Shown: piece after piece, positions 56,868-64,000 of the stretch
Position numbering within the stretch: the stretch's first letter is position 1
Layout: each line of letters starts with the position of its first letter
DNA from: Desulfocapsa sp.
GTDB lineage: Bacteria; Desulfobacterota; Desulfobulbia; Desulfobulbales; Desulfocapsaceae
Assembly (NCBI GenBank): GCA_022712975.1
Contig: JAFLJO010000072.1
Coordinates: 1,294-65,293 of the forward strand
Length of the DNA: 64,000 nucleotides
Direction of reading: 5' to 3'
Position numbers and translations under genes: made by a program
The notes under the pieces: generated by a model
The model's database searches: none
Seen by the model: only the letters and a program-made list of their open reading frames with translations
What the model was told of the DNA's origin: nothing

Positions 56868-57496
56868 GTAATCAAAATTTTATGGAGAAGTTGCTTGACC
56901 TGTCTGCCTGCCTGTCGGACAGACAGGTTGAGTGGAAGGCTTTAGGGGATGCCCTCGTCCGTGCCAAGGGTACAAAAATTACTGCTGGGAAAATGAAAGA
57001 ACTTCACAAAGATGGTGCACCTCTTAAAATTTTTGCTGGCGGGAAAACTGTTGCATTTGTTGATTATATAGATATTCCAGAAAAGAACATAAATAGAGAG
57101 CCTTCTGTCATTGTAAAATCTCGTGGTGTTATTGAATTTGAATATTATGACAAACCTTTTTCTCATAAGAATGAGATGTGGTCATATCATTCAAAAGATG
57201 AAAACATAAATATCAAATTTGTTTATTATTTCTTGAAAATACAGGAGCCATATTTTCAGAATATTGCAAGTAGAATGCAGATGCCTCAAATTGCTACACC
57301 TGATACAGAAAAGTTCTTTATCCCCATTCCACCCCTCGAAATCCAAGCCGAAATAGTCCGCATCCTCGACACCTTCACAGAGCTTACAGCTCGCAAAAAA
57401 CAGTATAGCTACTACCGTGATCTCCTGCTAACCTTCCCCAAAAAAGAATCCTGCCTGCCTGTCGGGCAGACAGGTAGAGGCGTAGGTTATGAGTGA
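56864..57496 (+). CDS. hsdS: Type I R-M specificity subunit, half-size (single target-recognition domain)
   Basis: 210 aa: VEWKALGD N-terminal motif, one TRD, a conserved helical region PPLEIQAEIVRILDTFTELTA, and YYRDLLLTF. There are palindrome insertions near both ends. Confidence 0.8.
   Translation: MSNQNFMEKLLDLSACLSDRQVEWKALGDALVRAKGTKITAGKMKELHKDGAPLKIFAGGKTVAFVDYIDIPEKNINREPSVIVKSRGVIEFEYYDKPFSHKNEMWSYHSKDENINIKFVYYFLKIQEPYFQNIASRMQMPQIATPDTEKFFIPIPPLEIQAEIVRILDTFTELTARKKQYSYYRDLLLTFPKKESCLPVGQTGRGVGYE
56898..56928. repeat. hsdS palindrome copy 2 (two GCCT units; translated in frame as LSACLSDRQ)
   Basis: Read directly. Confidence 0.9.
57450..57475. repeat. hsdS palindrome copy 3 (CCTGCCTGCCTGTCGGGCAGACAGGT; translated as SCLPVGQTGR)
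   Basis: Read directly; at the hsdS 3' end, just upstream of the DUF1016 start. Confidence 0.85.
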
Positions 57497-58529
57497 TGAT
57501 TTAAAAAACAGTTTAAATAAGCAAGAACCTGAAAGTTTATTTTCCGATTTAAAGATTATAATTGAACAAGGTCGAAATAGAGCGATTGCAACGGTTAATA
57601 GTGTACTTTCTATAACTTATTGGCATGTGGGGAAACGAATCAATGAGGAAATACTCTGTGGAGAACGTGCAGAATATGGCAAGCAAATTGTAGTGTCTCT
57701 TTCCAATAAACTGATTGCACTTTATGGTAAAAGTTTTGAAACTCGAAACTTGCGGCGTATGATGCAATTTGCTGAAGTTTTTCCTGATTTTGAGATTGTG
57801 TCACCACTGGTGTCACAATTGAGTTGGACTCACTTTAGTATTCTGATAAGCCTGCATAGCGATGAAGCCCGGATATTTTATGCTAAACATGCAATTGAAA
57901 GCAAGTGGAGTAAACGTGAATTGCAACGCCAGATAGAACGTAAAGCTTTTGAGCGCTCAGAAATTGCCGACACAAAACTGACTTTGGCTGATGCAAAACA
58001 TTTGGGAGGTAATTTTAAAGATCCTTATTTTCTTGATTTTATAGGAATAAAAGATGGATATTTGGAAAATTATTTGGAATCTGCACTTTTAAAAGAGCTT
58101 GAACTTTGTATCATGGAATTGGGCAAAGGTTTTACTTTTGTAGAACGCCAAAAACGAATCATTATTGATGGTGAGGATTTTTACATCGATCTGCTCTTCT
58201 TTCACCGCACCCTGAAACGATTGGTGGCAGTGGAGCTGAAAATAAATCGATTTAAAGCTGCGTATAAAGGGCAAATGGAACTTTATCTGAACTGGCTGAA
58301 TAAATACGAGCGTCAAGAGGGTGAAGAAGCACCGATTGGTCTTATTCTTTGTACCGAAGCTGGCATCGAACAGGTAGAACTACTCAATATGCCCAAAGAC
58401 AACATTATGGTTTCCGAGTATTGGACAAGTCTTCCGCCTAAAGAGTTATTAGAAAAGAAACTACACACCGCACTCATTGAAGTACGGGAACGGTTAGCTA
58501 CACGCAAACTCCTTGAAAGAGAACAGTAG
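57489..58529 (+). CDS. DUF1016/YhcG-family PD-(D/E)XK nuclease-domain protein (passenger gene between hsdS and hsdR)
   Basis: N-terminal region ...[31 protein letters not shown]...[11 protein letters not shown] and a C-terminal nuclease-like core [19 protein letters not shown]. Its start overlaps the hsdS stop. Confidence 0.75.
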   Translation: MSDDLKNSLNKQEPESLFSDLKIIIEQGRNRAIATVNSVLSITYWHVGKRINEEILCGERAEYGKQIVVSLSNKLIALYGKSFETRNLRRMMQFAEVFPDFEIVSPLVSQLSWTHFSILISLHSDEARIFYAKHAIESKWSKRELQRQIERKAFERSEIADTKLTLADAKHLGGNFKDPYFLDFIGIKDGYLENYLESALLKELELCIMELGKGFTFVERQKRIIIDGEDFYIDLLFFHRTLKRLVAVELKINRFKAAYKGQMELYLNWLNKYERQEGEEAPIGLILCTEAGIEQVELLNMPKDNIMVSEYWTSLPPKELLEKKLHTALIEVRERLATRKLLEREQ

Positions 58530-58530
58530 A

Positions 58531-61500
58531 ATGACTCAATACACCCCAATAGCCGAGACAAAGAACTTCATAGTTTTAGACAAATACATCAAAGAGAATG
58601 AACTGCGAGAACCCCTCGCAGGATATCAAACCGAAGCCGATTTAGAGCAGGAGTTCATTCAAGATCTCATAAACCAAGGCTATGAGCACTCTAAGGTCAA
58701 GACTCCAGAATCAATGCTGGCCAATGTTCGTGTTCAGTTGCAAGATCTTAATAAAATGCAGTTCTCTGATGGTGAATGGCTGCGCTTTGCCCAAGAGTAT
58801 CTTGATAAACCCAGTGACAATGGCATCGACAAAACCCGTAAAATCCACGATGACTACATCTACGATTTTGTATTTGATGATGGGCATATTCAAAACATCT
58901 ACCTGGTGGACAAGAAGAGTATCAACCGTAATAAGTTGCAGGTTATTTCTCAGTTTGAACAAACAGGTACCCACGCCAATCGCTACGATGTTACCATCTT
59001 GGTCAATGGCTTACCTTTGGTGCAAATCGAGCTTAAAAAACGAGGTGTAGCAATCCGTGAAGCCTTTAATCAGGTGCACCGCTACACTAAAGAGAGTTTT
59101 AATACAAACAACTCACTCTTTAAGTATCTCCAGCTCTTTGTAATCTCAAACGGTACAGATAGCCGTTATTTTGCCAACAGCACCAAACGAGATAAAAACA
59201 GTTTTGATTTTACCATGAACTGGGCAAAGTCTGATAACTCTCTTATCAAAGATTTAAAGGATTTTACCGCTACATTTTTCAAAAAAAATACACTCTTAAA
59301 TGTACTGCTTCACTACTCTGTCTTTGATGTAAGCGACACACTACTTGTGATGCGTCCCTATCAAATTGCAGCCACTGAACGGATCTTGTGGAAAATAAAC
59401 AGCTCTTTTATGGCCAAGAGCTGGAGCTGTGTCGAAAGTGGTGGGTTTATCTGGCATACCACAGGTTCAGGTAAAACACTCACCAGTTTTAAAGCAGCAC
59501 GACTTGCAACAGAGCTTGAATTTATTGATAAAGTTTTCTTTGTGGTGGATCGTAAAGACCTTGATTACCAAACGATGAAAGAGTATCAGCGATTCTCCCC
59601 CGATAGTGTTAATGGTTCAGATAGTACCGCAGGTCTAAAGCGGAATCTCAGTAAGGATGATAATAAAATCGTTGTCACCACTATTCAGAAACTGAATAAT
59701 CTGATGAAGGGTGAGAGTGATCTACCAATCTACTCTCAGCAGGTAGTTTTTATCTTTGATGAAGCCCATCGTTCACAATTTGGTGAAGCTCAAAAGAATC
59801 TCAAGAAGAAGTTTAAGAAATTCTACCAGTTCGGTTTTACTGGAACCCCTATTTTCCCGGAAAATGCCCTTGGTGCAGAAACAACTGCTTTAGTTTTTGG
59901 TCGTGAACTCCACTCCTATGTGATCACCGATGCCATCCGTGATGAGAAAGTTTTAAAATTCAAAGTGGATTACAACGATGTTCGGCCTCAATTCAAATCA
60001 ATTGAAACAGAACAGGACGTGAAAAAACTAAGCGCCGCAGAAAACAAAGAGGCACTCTTACATCCTGCTCGTATTAACGAAATTTCTCAGTACATTGTAA
60101 ATAACTTCAAACAGAAAACACACCGTTTGAAAGCGGGTACAGGTTTTAATGCCATGTTCGCTGTGAGTAGCGTAGATGCTGCAAAACTCTATTACGAATC
60201 ACTAAGCAATCTACAAAAAGAGAGTGATAAACCTCTTAAAATTGCTACCATTTTCTCGTTTGCAGCAAACGAAGAACAGGATGCCGCAGGTGATATTCCT
60301 GATGAAACCTTTGAGCTCTCAGCAATGGATAGCAGTGCAAAGGAGTTTTTGGCCTCTGCAATAAATGACTATAATACTCAATTTAAAACCAATTACGGTG
60401 TTGATAGTAATCGTTTTCAAAACTACTACCGTGACCTTGCCAAACGGGTAAAGAATAAAGATGTGGATCTGCTCATTGTGGTTGGTATGTTTCTCACAGG
60501 ATTTGATGCTCCTACGCTTAATACACTCTTCGTTGATAAGAATCTCCGCTACCACGGCTTAATCCAAGCATTTTCACGCACGAACCGTATCTATGATGCA
60601 ACAAAAACATTTGGTAATATTGTCACCTTCCGTGATCTGGAAAACTCTACGATTGATGCTATCACCCTATTTGGTAACAGCAATACAGCAAGTGTAGTCC
60701 TCGAAAAGAGCTACAAAGAGTATATGGATGGTTTTACCGATATTAGCACAGGCGAGGCACGGCGTGGTTATGTAGATATAGTAAAAGAGTTGCAGGAGCG
60801 TTTTCCAGGTCCTGATGAGATCGCTTGCGAAAAGGATAAAAAAGAGTTTGCAAAACTCTTTGGTGAATATCTTCGCATTGAAAATGTTCTGCAAAACTAT
60901 GATGAATTTGCAGGATTAAAAGCTCTTCAGGAGGTCGATATGAAAGACCCCGAAGCAGTTGAGAAGTTTAAAGCGTTACACTATGTAAGCGATGAAGATT
61001 TAGAAGTTATGGAAGAGATTGAAGTTCTCGAAGATCGAACTATTCAGGACTACCGTTCAAATTACAACGATATCCGTGATTGGCTTCGCCGTGAAAGATC
61101 GGCCGATGACAAAGAGACCTCAACCCTTGATTGGGATGATGTTGTTTTTGAAGTGGATCTGCTTAAGTCGCAGGAGATCAATCTGGATTATATTCTCGAG
61201 CTCATTTTTGAACACAACAAAAAGACAACAGATAAAACAGAACTGGTTAAAGAGGTTCGCCGCCTGATCCGTGCAAGCATTGGGAACCGTGCCAAAGAGA
61301 GCCTGGTCGTTGATTTCATTAACCAAACAGACCTTGACACCATCCAAGATAAAGCGAGTATCATTGATGCCTTCTTCTCTTTTGCTCAAACAGAACAGAA
61401 GCGAGAATCAGAAGAATTAATCAATTCTGAAAGTCTCAATGAAGATGCTGCAAAACGGTATATCATTGCATCTTTAAAGCGAGAGTATGCCAGCGAAAAT

Positions 61501-61632
61501 GGTACAGAACTCAATTCTATTCTACCAAAAATGAGTCCACTTAACCCCCAATATTTAACAAAAAAGCAGAGTGTATTTCAAAAGATAGCCTCTTTTGTTG
61601 AGAAGTTTAAGGGTGTGGGCGGCAATGTTTAA
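58531..61632 (+). CDS. hsdR: Type I restriction endonuclease subunit R
   Basis: N-terminal HsdR nuclease region ([18 protein letters not shown]), helicase motifs I (TGSGKTLT) and II (DEAHRSQ), and motif VI (QAFSRTNR). The ATG lies 2 nt after the DUF1016 stop. Confidence 0.95.
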   Translation: MTQYTPIAETKNFIVLDKYIKENELREPLAGYQTEADLEQEFIQDLINQGYEHSKVKTPESMLANVRVQLQDLNKMQFSDGEWLRFAQEYLDKPSDNGIDKTRKIHDDYIYDFVFDDGHIQNIYLVDKKSINRNKLQVISQFEQTGTHANRYDVTILVNGLPLVQIELKKRGVAIREAFNQVHRYTKESFNTNNSLFKYLQLFVISNGTDSRYFANSTKRDKNSFDFTMNWAKSDNSLIKDLKDFTATFFKKNTLLNVLLHYSVFDVSDTLLVMRPYQIAATERILWKINSSFMAKSWSCVESGGFIWHTTGSGKTLTSFKAARLATELEFIDKVFFVVDRKDLDYQTMKEYQRFSPDSVNGSDSTAGLKRNLSKDDNKIVVTTIQKLNNLMKGESDLPIYSQQVVFIFDEAHRSQFGEAQKNLKKKFKKFYQFGFTGTPIFPENALGAETTALVFGRELHSYVITDAIRDEKVLKFKVDYNDVRPQFKSIETEQDVKKLSAAENKEALLHPARINEISQYIVNNFKQKTHRLKAGTGFNAMFAVSSVDAAKLYYESLSNLQKESDKPLKIATIFSFAANEEQDAAGDIPDETFELSAMDSSAKEFLASAINDYNTQFKTNYGVDSNRFQNYYRDLAKRVKNKDVDLLIVVGMFLTGFDAPTLNTLFVDKNLRYHGLIQAFSRTNRIYDATKTFGNIVTFRDLENSTIDAITLFGNSNTASVVLEKSYKEYMDGFTDISTGEARRGYVDIVKELQERFPGPDEIACEKDKKEFAKLFGEYLRIENVLQNYDEFAGLKALQEVDMKDPEAVEKFKALHYVSDEDLEVMEEIEVLEDRTIQDYRSNYNDIRDWLRRERSADDKETSTLDWDDVVFEVDLLKSQEINLDYILELIFEHNKKTTDKTELVKEVRRLIRASIGNRAKESLVVDFINQTDLDTIQDKASIIDAFFSFAQTEQKRESEELINSESLNEDAAKRYIIASLKREYASENGTELNSILPKMSPLNPQYLTKKQSVFQKIASFVEKFKGVGGNV

Positions 61633-61706
61633 GAGAGTATAAAAAAGCTCATATAATCGGGTGTTTCACAACGTTACATGAAACACTTACAGGGGACTTT
61701 AACCCC

Positions 61707-61934
61707 ATGAGTTCACGCCCATGCCGGGCGTACACAAGAAGTTGCACCAGATTCGCTACGCTCACTGGTGAACTTGGTGTTAGTCTTATGGTTCTCTACC
61801 TGGTGATTATGTCAGTGGGTGGATCTATTCCTTTGGCTCTGTTAATTGCTCAGCCCCTGGCCACCTTTTTACTGGTATCCATCTATGAAGAACGATTACA
61901 GGGAGAACAGCTTCGTATTGAGAAGGAGGCGTGA
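61707..61934 (+). CDS. small hydrophobic ORF upstream of the radical SAM fusion gene (uncertain)
   Basis: The 75-aa ORF has one or two TM-like stretches (MVLYLVIMSVGGSIPLALLIAQPLATFLLVSI). It ends 13 nt before the next ATG. No family is recognised. Confidence 0.3.
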   Translation: MSSRPCRAYTRSCTRFATLTGELGVSLMVLYLVIMSVGGSIPLALLIAQPLATFLLVSIYEERLQGEQLRIEKEA

Positions 61935-61947
61935 GCAAAAAACAAAT

Positions 61948-64000
61948 ATGATGAATAAAAAATACAGTGTGATAAAGGATTGGCAGCGTTTTGAACTGGC
62001 AGATCAGGTTTTGTATGTTCAGCCGGAAATTCCCGACTGGATAGTTATTTCTTCTGAAGCTGATCAATTACTCAACGTTGAAAAAAGCGATGCAGTCAGT
62101 TTCTATGAGCGAAATCTCCTTGAGAATGCTTTTGCCATGGAGCCATTGCAATCGTATACGGGACGAGCTGCGGAATTAGATCTGGATCAGCTTAAAGAAT
62201 GCTGGTTTCATATCACCGATGTTTGTAATCTCAGTTGCCGCCACTGTCTTTTTGGATCATCCCCTGCTAAAACACGACACCTTGCACCCGAACTTCTTGA
62301 GAGTGCGGTTCAACAGGCATTAGCTCTTGGGTGTCGCCTCTTCTCCTTTACTGGTGGAGAACCGTTTCTTTACCCTGATTTCCCGGATTTTCTACAAACA
62401 TTGCTTGCAGAAAATAAAGATGTTCATGCAGCGGTATTGACTAATGGCATGCTGCTTGATCAGTTTTTGCAAGAACTTGGCACACTAGACAGGCTTCATC
62501 TTCAGATAAGTCTCGATGGTCTGGAAAAAAGCCACGACGGGTTGCGGGGAAAAGGAAGCTATAAAAAACTGATGAAAAACCTTGCGGCTCTGAAGGAGGC
62601 AGATATTCCCTTCACCCTTTCAATGGCCATCAGCAGTGAAAATATTGAGGACTTGCTGCAACTGGTAGATATTGCTGCAGAGGTGGGAGCTGCTTCCATC
62701 CATCTGCTCTATCATTTTATCCGGGGGAAGGGCAGCCGGGAGCAGTTTATACCGGCAGATATCATTTTTCCGGAGATTTTAGCAGCCTTCCGGCGGGCTA
62801 CGGAGCTTGGGCTCACTATCGATAATATTGAAAGTCTGCGCAGCCAGATTTTTTCAACTCCCGGTACCCGCTATGATCTTTCAAATACCGGATGGGAATC
62901 TGTGGCCATAGGGCCTGATGGGGTGATCTATCCATCCCCCGCTCTTGTTGGTCTTGAGAAAACAGCCTGTGGGCATTTGGATCAGGGCTTAGCGGTTTTG
63001 TGGAAGTCAAGTCCGGTTTTAAATGACATTCGTAATGCCAGTTTGATCGATTCGCCGATTTATCAGGCAAATCCCCTGAAGTTTCTGGTGGGCGGCGGGG
63101 ATATTGATCATAGTTTTATGTGCGGCGAAAACTGGGTGGGACATGACCCTTATGTAGAGCTGTATAATCAAATTGCCCTGCAATTGATTGCTGATCAGGT
63201 ATGTCAATACACAAATGAAGGGAAGAGTAGTATTCGCCTGCGTATGGGAGATGTCCGTCATGATTGTCCAGGTGATGGAGAAGAACCTGCAACAGTGGCC
63301 TTAACCCATTGTAACTGCCTTATCTCCCTGGCATCAGACAGCGGACACAGCTCTGTGCGTGAGTTCTATGGAAAGGCAGCACTGAATGCAAATGAGGATA
63401 TAGTTAATCCGCTGGCACCGGCCCAGGCCGAGGCTGATTTTATCCCCGGTAAAACAAAAAAACACTCCTACGGCTGTGGAAGTCCAGTAACCGACGGTGC
63501 GCCGCAGGAAGGAGAAACACTGGTGGATCTTGGATCAGGATCCGGCGTTGAATGTTTTATGGCATCAGCATCCGTTGGCAAAACCGGGAAAGTTTACGGT
63601 ATTGATATGACCGATGAAATGCTGCATCTGGCCGCGGAATCCCAGGAAGAAGTAGCAGAGCGTCTTGGGTATAACAATGTGGAATTCCGCAAGGGTTTTC
63701 TTGAACAGATTCCACTTGATGAGAGTACTGCAGATGTGGTGATTTCCAACTGTGTGATCAATCTCAGTCCGGATAAGCGCATGACCTATCAGGAAATCTT
63801 TCGGATTTTAAAACCTGGCGGACGCCTGGTTGTTTCTGATATCGTCACGGACACAGCCATCCCGGTAACACTGAAAAACAATGTCAGGTATCGCGGAGAA
63901 TGCCTTGGCGGAGCCATGCAGCAGGAAGAACTGGTTGCCATGATGGAGGCGGCGGGTTTTAATCGTATCCGCTTTATTAAGCGCTTTCCATACCGTCAAG
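61948..64000 (+). CDS. radical SAM domain fused to an ArsM-like SAM-dependent methyltransferase (3' end beyond the window; not in the ORF track)
   Basis: The frame was checked codon by codon and is open from ATG 61948 to the window end (about 684 aa). It has the CX3CX2C motif CNLSCRHC, GGEPF, a Cys-depleted SPASM-like region (GPDGVIYPS...FLVGGGDIDHS), and then VREFYGKAA, SYGCGSP, LVDLGSGSG, ISNCVINLSPDK, LKPGGRLVVSD and ECLGGA as in arsenite methyltransferases. Confidence 0.75.
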   Translation, partial: MMNKKYSVIKDWQRFELADQVLYVQPEIPDWIVISSEADQLLNVEKSDAVSFYERNLLENAFAMEPLQSYTGRAAELDLDQLKECWFHITDVCNLSCRHCLFGSSPAKTRHLAPELLESAVQQALALGCRLFSFTGGEPFLYPDFPDFLQTLLAENKDVHAAVLTNGMLLDQFLQELGTLDRLHLQISLDGLEKSHDGLRGKGSYKKLMKNLAALKEADIPFTLSMAISSENIEDLLQLVDIAAEVGAASIHLLYHFIRGKGSREQFIPADIIFPEILAAFRRATELGLTIDNIESLRSQIFSTPGTRYDLSNTGWESVAIGPDGVIYPSPALVGLEKTACGHLDQGLAVLWKSSPVLNDIRNASLIDSPIYQANPLKFLVGGGDIDHSFMCGENWVGHDPYVELYNQIALQLIADQVCQYTNEGKSSIRLRMGDVRHDCPGDGEEPATVALTHCNCLISLASDSGHSSVREFYGKAALNANEDIVNPLAPAQAEADFIPGKTKKHSYGCGSPVTDGAPQEGETLVDLGSGSGVECFMASASVGKTGKVYGIDMTDEMLHLAAESQEEVAERLGYNNVEFRKGFLEQIPLDESTADVVISNCVINLSPDKRMTYQEIFRILKPGGRLVVSDIVTDTAIPVTLKNNVRYRGECLGGAMQQEELVAMMEAAGFNRIRFIKRFPYRQ

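Noticed and set aside
57450-57475. Similarity between the hsdS palindrome core (CTGTCGGGCAGACAGGTA) and the F1 box (CTGCGGGCAGAAGGTA) as evidence that they are one family
   Set aside because: The shared stretch is only about 15 nt with indels and could be chance among GC-rich hairpins. It is worth a formal alignment, but reading alone does not support it.

Overview
This is a 64-kb chromosomal segment from an anaerobic bacterium. Gene content suggests a Desulfobacterota (sulfate-reducer-like) lineage, but that is an inference, not a verified identification.

Most of the window is ordinary core genome:
- C1 and redox metabolism: cooS, a methyl-H4folate:corrinoid methyltransferase plus a RACo-type corrinoid activator, and a small siroheme sulfite-reductase-like protein.
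- Central metabolism and cofactors: class II DAHP synthase, edd-eda, nadB, hemW.
- Replication, repair and translation: parAB, gatB, radC, radA, prmA, tRNA-Glu and tRNA-Lys.
- Signalling: a hybrid histidine kinase, an MCP, two PilZ proteins and a CBS-PAS-LuxR regulator.
- Envelope: a PEP-CTERM protein, a 1398-aa orphan membrane protein and an OmpA-family protein.
- A four-gene phytase-like / Na-Pi cotransporter operon.

The accessory part is a Type I restriction-modification island at about 52.3-61.7 kb. Its operon carries in-line passenger genes: RhuM, a decayed DinD/Bro-N gene, KilA-N and a DUF1016 PD-(D/E)XK nuclease. The 5' end of hsdS is duplicated, and GC-rich palindromes are embedded in frame at the module junctions.

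Two dispersed repeat families were found by eye:
- F1 has a box, tandem heptamers and a tail. It occurs at 7 loci, one of them a 194-bp palindrome.
- F2 has perfectly conserved asymmetric 27-nt termini, TTA flanks and swapped interiors.

There are also IS1-family and other gene remnants. An ORF running off the right edge is absent from the ORF track. It encodes a radical-SAM domain fused to an ArsM-like methyltransferase.

No CRISPR array, rRNA, integrase or prophage structural genes were seen. All calls rest on reading the translations and the nucleotide text; no database search was run.
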